A stretch of 64,000 bases of DNA, taken from assembly GCA_964019335.1 (NCBI GenBank), contig OZ025707.1, positions 62,001-126,000 on the forward strand, read 5' to 3'. Origin of the DNA: Diplonema japonicum (taxonomy: Eukaryota > Protista > Euglenozoa: Diplonemea). This document shows, one piece after another, positions 22,762 through 35,614 of the stretch. Each line of letters starts with the position of its first letter. Within the stretch, counting starts at the first letter, position 1. The position numbers were made by a program, and so were the translations under genes. A model generated the notes under the pieces. That model was not told the origin of the DNA. It made no database searches and saw nothing but the letters and a program-made list of their open reading frames with translations.

Positions 22762-23925
22762 ATGGAAAGATACACGCTTGGTCCCTGCATAGGTCAGGGG
22801 TGTTTTGGAATTGTGCACCAGGCGTTATACAAAGACACGGGCAAGATTGTTGCAATCAAAGTAGTTCAGAACTCAAAGTCCAGCCCAACGGTCGGGGGGC
22901 TGTCGTGTGCAGCATACAGAGAGCTTAAAGCACTGCAGAGAGTACAGCCGCACGACCACATTGTCAGACTCCACGAAGCCTTCGCCCACGGCGGCCACCT
23001 GTGCATGGTGATGGACCTCCTTGAGACCGACCTGGCAGCCGTTCTAAAATCAATGCCCGGGAAGTACCCTATGCAGGAATCCGTCGTTAAAACCATCTTA
23101 AAAATGCTTCTAAAAGGCCTCGCGCATATACACAAGAACCACCTCATCCACAGGGATCTGAAACCCTCGAACGTAATGTTCAGCAGCGAGGGGGTTCTCA
23201 AAATTTCCGACTTCGGCCTCGCACGAAGCTACAAGCAGGGAACCACGATCTCCGGAAACATGACACACGAGGTGGGGACAAAATGGTACAGAGCCCCGGA
23301 GCTACTCTTGGGATGCAGAGCGTACCGAGAAGCGGTAGATATATGGAGCACAGGATGTGTGTTTGCTGAAATGCTTGGCGGAAACCCGTTGCTTCCAGGA
23401 ACGACTGAGATAGATCAGGTGGTTAAGATATTTAAGCTGCTTGGAACTCCCGATGACACGACGTGGCCGGACAGAACGGAAATGCCGGATTGGTCCAAGT
23501 TGCAGGTTACTGCTTGTCCGGGTTTGCCGTTTTCTACCGTACTGCCCAACGCCTCTGCAGAGTCGTTGTCGTTGTTGAGCAAGCTTCTTCGGTATCATCC
23601 GCAGTCTCGTGTGTCGGCAGCAGCTGCTCTGCAGCATAGCTGCTTTTTGTCGGAGCCGATTCCCGTGCGGCCGTCGGATATTTACCTCCCCCCAGCTCCA
23701 GCGCCTTTGTCTGATTGGTCCGCTCTCTTGAGTGAGCTGCAGTGTGCTAGTGGAGTTGAGGCTTGTTTGAGTTGGAAGTCATGTGTACCAATAATGACTG
23801 CTGAAACAGCGTCGTCCTGTTGCTCGTCGGGCAGTGAAGTCGAATCTCCTGAAACCTCACCTGTCGTTGTCCCCCGGCCCCCCTCTGGAGAGCGAAACAC
23901 ACCTTCTTGCAGGCAGAACGAGTAA
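22762..23925 (+). CDS. Cyclin-dependent kinase, CDK20/CCRK-like
   Basis: IGQGCFGIV, VAIK, RELKALQ, HRDLKPSN, DFGLAR and THEVGTKWYRAPELLLG. The subfamily assignment is tentative. Confidence 0.85.
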   Translation: MERYTLGPCIGQGCFGIVHQALYKDTGKIVAIKVVQNSKSSPTVGGLSCAAYRELKALQRVQPHDHIVRLHEAFAHGGHLCMVMDLLETDLAAVLKSMPGKYPMQESVVKTILKMLLKGLAHIHKNHLIHRDLKPSNVMFSSEGVLKISDFGLARSYKQGTTISGNMTHEVGTKWYRAPELLLGCRAYREAVDIWSTGCVFAEMLGGNPLLPGTTEIDQVVKIFKLLGTPDDTTWPDRTEMPDWSKLQVTACPGLPFSTVLPNASAESLSLLSKLLRYHPQSRVSAAAALQHSCFLSEPIPVRPSDIYLPPAPAPLSDWSALLSELQCASGVEACLSWKSCVPIMTAETASSCCSSGSEVESPETSPVVVPRPPSGERNTPSCRQNE

Positions 23926-23938
23926 AAAAAAAGAAGGG

Positions 23939-23976
<38 letters not shown>

Positions 23977-23999
23977 TAACTTTTGATTTTTTTTTTTGT

Positions 24000-24043
<44 letters not shown>

Positions 24044-24191
24044 ACTTCTTTTTGTTATTTATCCTTTCAAAAAAAAAAAAAAAAAAGAAAATTACAGGAC
24101 GGAGGAGGGAGGGAGCGCGGGGGAGAGGGGGAGGAGAAGAAGAAAAAAAAAAAGAAAAAAAAAAGAAAGAAAGAAAGAAAGAAGAGAATAA

Positions 24192-27100
24192 ATGGAAACT
24201 CAGCTTGCTGCGTTGTTCGAAGTGCTGCGCGGGGTGAACACTAACGACAGCCTGAAGAGGGAGGATGTGGACGAGATATCAACGATAACCGGCATGTCGG
24301 TGAAGGCCTCGCGGAAGCTGCTTAGGAAGTACAGAGGGAACAAGGACGACGCTCTGATGGCGTGGTTCGACAAAGATGTGGACTCGACAGCCTTAGAAGC
24401 AGCATCCGACAGCGAAAACGAAGAAGAAGCCGAGGTAACCGAACGTGTCAAGGTAACCTCCGACTGGCCGCTCTTCCCCGACATAGTCGAATGGGTCACC
24501 AGCACATCAGGCTGCACTCTGGACCTCGAAGACGTTGTAAAACCAAAAGACTTCAAAGCCCTGATCTCCCCCGACCTGAAACCCGGAGACATGGTCCCCC
24601 CGGAAGTTACCACTGTCAGAGTTCCCCACCACAAAAAAGTGCTCACCCCAGAAGAGGAAGAAAAAGAAATATTCGCAGGACTATCAATAGGCCAAGCGGT
24701 GAGAATCCGTAGGTACGTAAAAGAGATGAAGCAGAGCAGAGCAGGATGGAAGGACGACTCCGAATTCGACCAGAAACGCCTCTGCGGGCGGATAGGAGCC
24801 GTGCGAGCTGTTACTAGACGGGACCTCACCGCACGAGTCGAATTTAACGGGTTCGGAAGCGGATGGTGGGACATAAGGTGGCTCGAGATCCTCCCCAGCC
24901 CCCTCCACGTCGACTCCGCGTGTTCCTGCAGCGGTTTCGTCAACTTGAAAGGCGACACCAAACAGGTTAAAATCGCCGCACGATGCCTCTCACAGATCAC
25001 GACATGCGTCCGCGTAGGGTGCCTCGGTGTGTTCCTCGGACCCGTCCGAAAGGCTGTCGAACAAGTTGTCCCGAACAGCAAAGGTGAAGTCGTGTGGCGG
25101 TCTCTCTCGCAGCCCGACGGTAAAGTCTCCGGTTACCAACTTTGCATCTGCGACCCGCGGGTAGTAGGCCCTGTCTCGAGGTGTCTGGAAGGCGACCTCA
25201 CATGGAACCTCGATAGGCGTGCTGCCGTTTCCGAAGAAGTAGTTACAAGAGTCGCAAAGCTTGCACGCACCAAAACAGGCTGCGTGGTTGTCTCCGCACC
25301 GAAAGGTGAGGCTAAAATGGACGCTGGCGCATTAGTAATCCGCAACCCTAGGTGTTGGGTCGGTGGGAACGCAGACGGTTTGGAAGGCAACCGCGTAGCC
25401 CCAGGCGTCGTACTTGGGTGTGAGAGCGGGCGGGCGCAGGTGTTCTGGATCAACAGCAACGCAATGGCGACGCACAGGTGGGGCTTCGACGACACATTCG
25501 ATCTCGTGCTGATGCCGTGCTTCGCTCCTGTCGGGCGCCTCCTTGTCGTTCTTGTTGGCATTGACAAGATCCCAGGCCTCACGTGGGAAATGCTCATTCG
25601 GGTTGTTCGGGAGGCACTCACCATGGAGGGAGCCGACCTCGTGCGGCAAGTTCTCAGCAACCCTGACTTCAAATGGAACGGAGATAGCTTTGCCGGGAAA
25701 ATCAACACCGGTAGTCTGGCTCGCGCGATCATAAATGCGGTTGTGGCCGGCTGGTCTTCCGACGGAGTGCTGCCACCGCCGCTCGTCACAAATGAACTCA
25801 ACGACTTGCTGGAACTATTTCAAAACGAGGAGGAACCCGAGAGAGGCCATCTGGGCATATGGAGAGAGGCCAAAATCACTGTACACCAATTCTACTGCTC
25901 TACACCTTCAAGACGCGAGGGACCTATCTGCCAGCACCCTGGTGGTGCGATACAGGCACCGCACTGGGGCTGCTGCGGACAACAGGCGAAGCTGGGGACA
26001 TGCAGACAGACAGAACGACGGGCGACACCCCTCCATCCAAAGCACATCCTCAAGGACAGAACCATGTCCATCATGTCCTGGGCGTGCGACAGATGCAAGG
26101 TTCGAGCAGAACCGCAACAGGGTCAGAGGTGGCGCTGCGACCAGTGCGACTTCGACCTGTGTGATCCTTGCCTTCACGATAGCTTGAGGGAGATTTGCAA
26201 GACGAAGATCGTCCTGGAAAACTCTAAAGCAGAAAGCGCCGTGCTTACCAATGTGCTGGACCAAGAGACGCTCTGCGAGCTGGAGAACGACCAGCTCATG
26301 ATCACCCCCACGGGGTGCAAGAAGCGACGCGTAAAAGATGTGGACTTCACCCTAGGCGAAGACGGTGCACAGCCTATAGTGACATTTATCGACCCGCTCA
26401 TTGACCAGCCGCCGCCTTCGAACGGCAGCATCCATGGCTTCACATCAGGGCAGAAGGTCCATGCTGCAAAGGATATCTACGTGGCTGTCTCTGTCGCTGT
26501 GCAGCAAGGCGGACACGGCACAGTGGTGGGCCCTTCCACCAGCGGTGACCCTCGGAGGGTGTGCGTGAAATTCCTGGGCAGGGAAGCAAAGATAAATGTC
26601 ATGCCCGTTGAAGTGAAGCAGATTCTGGAAACCCCAAGAAGAGCCAAAGTGCATCAAGGGGGAGCATTGGTCAAGCTACGTGCCGAGGAAAAGCTCACTG
26701 GATCCGTAGTAGGCGAAGTGCCCTGTGGGTCAGAAGTCCAAGTCCTGGAGGATGGTGAGGACGCGTCGCAGGTCGAATGGAGCGGCACCATCGGATATGT
26801 GGGCAACAACATTCTGCGCGAGCTAAACACACAATCGACGGTCGTGATGATGAACACAAGAGGAATGAGCGGCCCGCTATCGGCGCTGCGTGGCATCGCA
26901 TCCCGCGCCAGTGTTTCCTGCAACGTACCAGAGAACTTCGAGCTCACTGTCGGTGGCAAGCTGGCTGCCATCATAGTTAGCAACCTTGTGGGAGATCTCG
27001 CTGGTATGAACGGTGTGTACAGGAGAGCCCCTGCAGAAGAGGACTGTAGAGTTATCTTCAGGAAGGGAGACTCAACGTTGTACTTCAGGGGCAGCTGGTG

Positions 27101-30100
27101 GAAGCTCAACAACAACACTCGGCACGACGGTTGGCTGCAGAGCTCCAGAGCGCTTATCGGGCAATGGAGCCCTGCGAACACACACGACGCCAGAACCGAC
27201 ACACATTACCCTATTGTCGAAGTGGCTAAGACCGTCCCTGGGGCAGTGGTCCCGACAGCTTCGCCCCCTGCATCCATAACACTTGCGCCTGGAAAAGTAC
27301 TGAACATGACAGGCACTGTGCTCACTCTTAACGAAAAAGTGATCACTTCTGTATCATACCAGACGGACACCTTCACGCTGAATCTGCCTCCCGGACCCCC
27401 TATCACCCTTCCCAATAGCGAGCTCTTGAATATCCTTGGAGACGTGAAATCCATGGCCACAACGTGCAAGCTGCCCTGTGTCATACCCAGAGAGATTGAG
27501 TTGGTGGAGGTATGTCCCACTCAAACCACAACAACACCAAACACAGTCTGTCGAGGTGAGAATGAGCAAGCCGCCCCCCACACACGAGGAATTGAACACC
27601 ATGACCAAGAACGCCGTTGAGGCTTACGGCGGCGACGCTGTCGGCACGATTGCTGCCAAGTACGGCTGGGACGGGTCGCAGTTCAAGAAACATCTCACGC
27701 GCCCTGAGATGGGGCAGCTGGGGAAGCAGCTCCACGAACTTATTGGTGACAAGGTATGCGAAAGGCAAGGAGGAAAAAAAAAGAAAAGAAAATATACACA
27801 CAGCTGACTGCCGACATTTCACTGGAAATAGTGGCACCCAGAAGCACAACTGTTGCAGTGGTTGGGCCACAGCCTGGAAGGCAAAAAGCGAAGGGTTTCT
27901 TGAGCAGGCTACATGACTTGCAAGAAGTAGCGATCAGAGTGCCTTCTGAAAACCACGCCGTGGTAGAAAGGCACAGGGGCGACATCCAAAAACACGCGCA
28001 TACCCACATGAACGTGGGCTTCGGTGGAGCAGTTGTACGTCTGACAGGTACAGCATCTGCCATCAGGCACACGCGGCGGGCTATCGCCACTCTACTGATG
28101 AAGCATTGGAGGGAACAGCAAAGGCAGCGACGCGAAGTGGTCTTGGAACAGGTCGTTGCAAGTGCGATGGAGGTGCGTATCAACGTGCCCTTGGACCCAG
28201 CCATGAAGGAGCTGCTGAATCGAAAAGAAGTCTCTGAAAAAGAGGATCAGAAGCGCCACGATGAAGCTGAGTCGGAGCGGAGACAAGACGAGCAGCGCTT
28301 GGTGTCCATGACACAGGAGCTCAGCAGAGAGTATACACGGCAAGCACCTCACACCTTTAAACAGATACGAACGACTCGCAAATTCCGGACGCAACCAGCT
28401 GGCTGCCTGTGGCATGAGTAACGTAGGGCTGTGCAACGATGACTTCACACGAGGCGACCGAGTATGTTACCACAACAAAAAGAAGGAAAATAACCTCAAA
28501 CAGGTGATTCGAGGGCCCACTTGGCAGTGGGGTGACCAGGACGGAGGCGCTGGTTCCACAGGAACGGTGCTTGGCGGGCACGACGAAGACGGATGGGTAG
28601 TAGTGGAGTGGGACAAATCGGGGCGGCTGGCGAGACACAGAACAGGGCCGCTATTCCAAGACCTGCAACACCTGGAACCCATCAACCTCCCCACCATGCT
28701 GGAAGAGAACGAGTACGACCTGGTGACAGTGCTGAAGGCCAGGGCCGCCACACACATGTCACGCTCTCTAGAAGTCCTCAGGAGGTGTGCGGTGTGCAAG
28801 CTATCCTGGGCAGAGGAGGAGCACCGCCAGAAAGGCATCGTTCACGAAGCCAGGATTGGCGTAAAGGAGATGGAGGCGGCAGAGAAGTTCCAAGGTTGGC
28901 TGCGAGACCTATTTGGTGTGAAAGAACGGGCGGTTCAGCAGGTGGCCTCTATCAAGGCAGCTGTCGACCGTGACGCGGAAGAGCTGGACGTGACCCGCAA
29001 GCTATTGAACAACTGGACCGAAGAGCACGGGGAGCCGCCCAGCGTAGACGCATCCAATGGAGAGCTGTGTGTGTGCATAGTTACTGAAGACCAATTGTAC
29101 GGCCCTGGGAACACACCGTTCGACGTGTGCAGCAGGAAGAGCATACCCCGTCACTCCCGCATCCGGCTCTCGCATGATGCTACTGTAGATAGCTGTCATG
29201 AAGCCATCGAGCACCAGTTGGGTGCTCCTCCTGAAAAACAAAGATTGTGGTACTTCGCCCTGCAGCCCAACGGTACCTTCCGTCCGACCATAAACCTGAA
29301 GGCAAGCAACCAACCGCTTCTGAGCGCGTGTCAACCGGCTCCTCACACGCCCGGTGAGGTGCAGCTCTTTGTTGAAATCCTTCCTGACGTACCCGACGCG
29401 CCTTCATCGCAAGCACCTGGCACGGAAGCTCTGAAATGGAAGGTACAGCAAGTGGACGGGTTCCCCGGCGTGCCCTTCCGTCCTTCAAAGGACTCGCAAT
29501 CGACGCGTGATATTCCCAATGCCACAGAGGTCGAGGTTCTTGAGGAGGATGGGGAATGGGTGAAGGTGCTGTGGGAAGGCGAGGAGGGCTTCATACGCAG
29601 GAGGAACGTGACAAAGGGTGCCATCCGACAGGGCATCGTGTTCTTGAAGAAGTTTGACTTGAAGGAGGGCACTGTCGAGCGGTGCGGGTTCAAGGTGGTC
29701 GACTTCAGCCAGACCACGACGGCGGAACTAGTGGAGATGATGAAGGAGCAGTTCACGGAACCGCCCGAAGCCGACGGGTACGACGTGTACGTGGAGGAAG
29801 CCCCCGAGCACGTAAGGCAACTCAGCGATACATCAACGTCGTTGGAGAGCAGCGGTTTGAAATCTGGTGCCATTCTTGTCTTCCAGCACTCTCCGCCACC
29901 AGAGCTCGGCAGATCCCTCAAGGTCGGCGACGTGGTTAACTACATCGGCCCCAGCAACAGAAGCAGCATTTTGTATAGCGGTGAAGGGCGTGTGACGGGT
30001 GTCAACCACTCACAGTCGCAGGTCAAGGTTGTAGGCCAGCACGGCGAAACAGAAGTGTTCTGTGAAAGGTCCCTTGCGCTTGACCCGACCACCGAGGGTC

Positions 30101-32349
30101 TTAGTTACTTGCACGCGACCGTGCCTGCTATTTATACCCACTTCATCTGCAGGAAGGATCTCCCTCCACCGCAGTGCAAAGCGGGCCACCTCATGTCCAG
30201 AATCGACAATCCGAGGAGATACGTGTGCTCGTACTGCCAGGCTCCTGGCGTCACTGAGATTGCATTCTGGGGATGCAGATCGTGCGATCAAAACCTCTGC
30301 CTTTTGTGCACCATCGAAACCAGGCTGTCTACGAAAGTGTCTCCAGAACTCTCTCCAAGACAACAACCCGGCGCGGGGAGGTTCCCGCCTTCCAAAGTTC
30401 AGGAGATGCTCTCTGAACACTCCGAGCGCTCAGAACGGATGCAACAGTCTCTCAATAAGCACAAGAGCGTCCTCGATGGCACCGTTGCAGAGGTTCTCAT
30501 GCACGTGCGCAGAATGGGCGCGCAAAGGCAGCATCGAAGGCTGTTCGGATGGGATCTCCTCTTGCACCTCATGGACACCACGGGATGCCTGTTGGAACTG
30601 CAGGAAAACAATCTAGTCGTTGTCGGACGCCCAATGTCCGTTAAGAAAGCAGTCTCAGCCATCCAGGACATGCAAAGAGAATGGCCCCCATCGAACTTCC
30701 CAACAGAAGCCAAAATAGACATTGGAGAGGCTGGCGTCGACAAACTATTCTCAGGTGCGGGTATAGTAGCGAGAGGGCTGCAATTCGAATGCGGTGTACA
30801 GGAGATCGAGCCGGTGGACGAATCCATGATATGGATCAGAGGACGCAAGGAAGACATACAAGAAACAGCGGACAGACTCGAAATCATCCTGGGAAGGGAA
30901 GGCCTGCAACTGGAATGGTCGGAAACGGCGCCCGCCACACGGGAAGCGTCGATCATGGAATGCCCCGTATGCCTTGACGTGATAGTCCCGAAGGAAGACG
31001 AAGCAGTTGTGTTCGGGTGCGGGCACAGCGTGCACACCGACTGCGGACGCGACTACCTAGCATCGAATAAAAGCACAAAGGACTCAATACCATGTTTAGT
31101 CGATGGGTGCTCATACGTCCTCCGCGTGTCAGAATACTCTACATTGGTCAAGGGAACCGAGCTGCAAAGACCTGATGTGTATTATGACAACCTCCTACGG
31201 GAAGCACTGCTAAAACACGACAAGGTGGTAGCATGTCCCTTCGAAAAATGCACCGGCTGGGGTGTAAGCGGAAACGTAGTGGGAACGGTAGAGAACCTGC
31301 ACTGCTTCGAGTGCGACAGACTGTTCTGCCCGATCTGCCGGCAGCTGGGACACTTTTTCTCGCAGTGTGAAGACGTCATGGAAGCAGCGAAAATTCGCGC
31401 GGGCACCGAACGCCGGCAAAAACTGGAACAAGAAGAACAAAGCCGGAAAGCCATCGCTGAACTTTGCCGGCCATGCCCGCGATGCGGTGCGCAAGTATCA
31501 CGAACAGAGGGCTGCCCACACATGACGTGCAAAGTTTGCAAATTCGAGTTCTGTTATGATTGTCTACGTGCCATCCCGCATTTCGGAGAATGCGACAAAG
31601 CCAAGCTCGCAGACAGAATGCGCAGGGTCCGCGCCGAACACGGCGGTGTAATCTACCATAAGTACACGAAGTGTGATATCTGCGGTAAACACCCCATACC
31701 AGACAATGAGGAAGCATACACATGCTTGAACTGCTTGCACTGGAGCCTGTGCGGAAGCTGCGAGCAATTGGGTAAAAACTGCGGGTATGAAGGGCACATT
31801 TTGTCAGCGTTGCCGAGGTCGGACGAGCCCCCTGCGGAAGCTGTGGTAAAGGGCGAAAAACAAAAATGGAGGTTGAAGCTCAGCGAGGTCCCACACTACG
31901 AGATCGACTGGGATATCGTCCGAAACCGACAGACACCGCTTACAGCTAGCTCCGCAGCTGCTGGGGAGGGCGGCAGCAGCTTTGAAAAACAAGTTTCAAA
32001 CCGATTTTTAAAGAGCGGCGGCTCCAGAATCGGTCTCAACCTTGGTACCCCCCTTAATGGAGAATGGGGCGCTGGCATGCAAAGGCCCGGGAGCATGGTC
32101 ACCGGTAAGGACCTCGTGGCCACGATGTCCGGTACCCTGGGCAGCAAAACAGATACAATTCTTTTTGAATGGGAGGAGTCTGAGATTGATACGGAGTCAG
32201 AAGCTTCAGCGAGGAGGGATCCTTCTGATGACGAAGCACCTATGCACTTGGCATTTTCGCAACCCACGGATTCTGGTTCAGACATCGATTCCACAACTGA
32301 TATCTCGGATGAAGGAGGGGGGTCGACGATACCTAGTCCGGTTAGCTGA
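24192..32349 (+). CDS. Giant multidomain RBR (RING-IBR-RING) E3 ubiquitin ligase (exons 24192-27509, 27547-27753, 27804-28330, 28365-32349)
   Basis: Three short introns join four ORFs in frame. Recognisable parts are a UBA-like N-terminus, MIB/HERC2 (VIRGPTWQWGDQDGG), ZZ-like fingers, SH3-like and KH-like segments, RING1 (CPVC…CGHSVHTDC), IBR, and RING2 (CPRC…RTEGCPHMTC..CKFEFCYDC). Confidence 0.85.
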
Positions 32350-32362
32350 AAGGGAGTTTTTG

Positions 32363-32400
<38 letters not shown>

Positions 32401-32517
32401 AGAAAGGACTTTCTTATGAGTTTTCTTCCCTTATCTTTTTTTTTTTTTTTCCCCCTCACACACACCTGGTCACAACCACAAACCCATAACTTTTTTTTTT
32501 TTTTTTTTTTTCCAGTT

Positions 32518-32554
<37 letters not shown>

Positions 32555-33547
32555 ACCTCTTCCCACACACAGACACACATACCAAATTCCTTCTAACGAT
32601 GGTGTTTTTGGAATTGTACGAAAAGAAGAAGGAAAAAAAAAAAGAAACAGAAATGAAAAAAAAAGAAAGGAAGGGCAAGGAAAAAAAAAAGGGGGGGAAA
32701 GAAAAAAACCCCTCCCACTATTGTTATCCCTAGCTTTTTTCCCTCTCCCCTCACTTTCAGTCGGAAGAAAAAGCTTTTTTTGGGGGGGGCAGAAAAAAAA
32801 AGAAAAGAAAAACCTTAAGCCTTTTTTTTAACAAAAGAAAGGCGCGAGCTCTTTTACAGCTAGGTATTTAAGCGAAAATGGAGAAGAAGAAAAAAAAAGA
32901 AGACCATCATGGGGGCTGGAAGTTTTTTTTTTAAGTAAACAAAGAGGGAATCTCTTTCAACCCCTCCCCGCCCTCTTCCCCCTTGTTTTATAATCGGGGT
33001 TTGATCCTTCTTATCTCTTACATTATTATTATTATTTTTTTTTTTTTTTTTTTCCCGTGGGGGGATTTATTTTTGCACTTACGGTGATAAAAGGAGAGGA
33101 AAAAAAAACTAAAGAAAGAAAGGAATAAACCAAAAAAAGAATGCTTTTACACAGATATTAAAAAAAAAAAAGAAAAAAAAGAAGAAGAGAAAAGAACGAA
33201 GGGAACACTCTTGTTTAGCCCTCCTGTACATTTGCACTTTTACACCTTCCCCCCCCTTTTTTTTTCTTTTTTTCTTCCCCCTTTCTCCTCCCTCTATGAG
33301 AGTCAAAACCAAGGTTTTCGGACCTAGGTTTCAGGTGTGAGGGGCCTTCCCCTTTGGGCAATTGAAAAAGTGAACCAGGCATATTTTTCTCCTTCACTTT
33401 TTACCATAGTTCATTTTTTTTTTTTTCCCCTCTTTTTTATGTACATACTTTAGGAATGGTAGGTGACCAAGGGTAGGGAGTCAAGAAAAGAAATGAAAGG
33501 GGAGAGACAGGGAAGGAGTGACAACTCATTATATATTATTATTATTA

Positions 33548-34314
33548 CGCTCCATATTCGCTAAGTGACCCGCCCTATGTCCCCTCTGTCAAAAATGCCC
33601 AAAGGTTCATTGAATTTTTTTTTTTTCAAAAAACCCATATGTCGAACATGAAAGAACGGTGAGTTCCAAGGAAGTTCCAAAAAGATTTTTCCAAAAAAAA
33701 AAAAAATATTGGGGGCCAACCAAAATGACCTTGGAAGTCGCCATTTTGGGTTTTTGGCCATTTTTGCCAAACTTTTGCAACTGGGTACTTTTCCCTTTGA
33801 AAACATGGTTAACAGGGTTCGATCCCAGAAGCCAGCATCTTCCTGACCAGTAGTCTAGTTGGGGGGGCTTTGCCCTGTACCTAGGCGAAGCGGGTTCAAA
33901 CCCCACTCCAGCGGATTTTTTTAGGCTCACCACAGGGGACTTATTCTGTGTTTATTCATCACAGTGTTGATGGGCTGAGGCGCGTCGTGAGTGTGTATCG
34001 CAGAGGATATCTGGTGTGGAAAGAAGGGACCTACTCCACTCACTATGCGGGTTCGAATCCCGACGCAGTGGTTTTTTCATCAGGGTTCGAACCCCACTTG
34101 TGCCGTGTTTTTTCCACCAGAGCTGCTTCATTTTGTATAGTACAAAGTAAGGCAAATCACCAAAAAAAAAATTTATTACAAAAAAAAAATTCCGTATGTC
34201 GAACATTGGGCCCCGGACGCAAATAAATCCATTCCAGCCTAGAAAAAGCAATTAGAAATTTTTTTAGCTCTTCAAAATGCGGGTTCTGGTGGGTCACTTA
34301 GCGAATATAGAGCG
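33548..34314. mobile_element. MITE-like non-autonomous DNA transposon with 27-bp TIRs, carrying tRNA-like motifs
   Basis: The left TIR CGCTCCATATTCGCTAAGTGACCCGCC (33548-33574) matches the reverse complement of 34288-34314 with 2 mismatches. TTA flanks both sides within a (TTA)n tract. There is no credible ORF. Confidence 0.85.
33845..33922 (+). pseudogene. Degenerate tRNA-like unit (A box, B box/T-arm and oligo-T) within the MITE
   Basis: TAGTCTAGTTGG (33851-33862) fits the A-box consensus, GGGTTCAAACCC (33892-33903) fits the B box, and a T-run lies at 33916-33922. The acceptor stem does not pair. Confidence 0.5.
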
Positions 34315-34813
34315 TTATTATTATTTTTTTTTTTTTTACACCCTCCCGCACACTTTTCGAGAAAAAAAAAAAAAAAAAAAAACAAACCCCCATCCCCCTA
34401 CCTTCTATGGGTATAAAAACGCAGATAAGAGAAGAAAAAGCCACCTGCCCCTTTTTCTCGCCAGAAAAAAAAAAATGAACCAACACAAAAGCCCACCCGC
34501 ACCAAGATTTCTTTTTCCCCCCAACACTTTTATCCCCCCCCCCCCAACCTTCTTCTTTGGCCATCCCACAAAGCAAAAAAAAAAAAAAAACTGCTGTAAC
34601 AAAACAATTTTATTTCTGTTGAACATAACTTCCATTTTTTTCCCCCCTCCCAAAACACTTTGCGTCACACACTGATCTCCATTTTTTTTCCCCCCCTCCT
34701 CCCCCTCCCATACTTCCTGCCCTTCCCCCTACCTCCAAACTTCAGCAATATATTTTTCTGTGTCGCGCCTTCGAGATCGTGAAAAAGAAATTTCTTTTTT
34801 TCCAGAAAAGAAA

Positions 34814-35326
34814 ATGATGCAGCAAGCACCGACATCACCCTCTTGGCTTGGGGGTCTTGTATATGGATCAGAGGCTGAGGTTAAAGGACAACGTGCTGTG
34901 TGTGAGCTTCTGGATGAATACAGCATCATGAAGGAGGAACTCAGAAGATGTCAGATCGAGGTAGAAATTTTGAAAGAGGGTAGGGAAAGAGATCGCGTAA
35001 AGATAGAGCAGCTTACAGGGCTTCTTCAAGATTCCGTGAGGGTTCGCGACAGCCCTGGGAAAACTATTTTTGATATGGTTACGGTGCCCTCGGCGGTACC
35101 CCCAGTGTTGGACCTTCTACCCAGACGGGCCCCGCGCGCGTGCACTTTGAACTTTTCGGAAGCTTTGTTGACACTGGCCAACGAAACATCAACGCCGATT
35201 ACAGCAACTTTTAACATCCCGTGTGCTCCCCAGACGCACACAGTACCCCCCTACACCTCCCTCCCCCTCCCTTTCCCTCCTACCGTGATACGGAATTGTA
35301 CCATTACGAGCACTGCTGTCGTGTAG
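34814..35326 (+). CDS. Hypothetical protein with a short coiled coil
   Basis: 170-aa ORF between spacers. Confidence 0.55.
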   Translation: MMQQAPTSPSWLGGLVYGSEAEVKGQRAVCELLDEYSIMKEELRRCQIEVEILKEGRERDRVKIEQLTGLLQDSVRVRDSPGKTIFDMVTVPSAVPPVLDLLPRRAPRACTLNFSEALLTLANETSTPITATFNIPCAPQTHTVPPYTSLPLPFPPTVIRNCTITSTAVV

Positions 35327-35614
35327 GAAGAAGAAGAAGAAGAAAAGGATATAAGTTTATATATTGTTGTTGTAGATTTATTTATTTATTTATTATTTTC
35401 TTTATTCTCTAAAAGACCTGTTCCGGACGGGGGGGGGGGGGGGGGGGGGGGGGAAGCTGTTTTTGAAAATTTGAGCGGAAGAAATTGAACATAGCCTTTT
35501 TTTTTGGATTTTTCTTTTTGCCCGAAATAATGGGTTTTGGATCGATCAGACACCCGGCCATGTTAGGGGATGTGCGTTATAACGTGTATGCACTCTTCTT
35601 CTTTTTGCTCTTTA

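Noticed and set aside
28321-28421. Programmed frameshift between ORFs 27756..28421 and 28414..32349
   Set aside because: A short intron ending at AG 28364 explains the frame change.
33815-34113. Functional tRNA genes
   Set aside because: Only T-arm/B-box (and one A-box) motifs are retained. Acceptor stems and cloverleafs cannot be formed.
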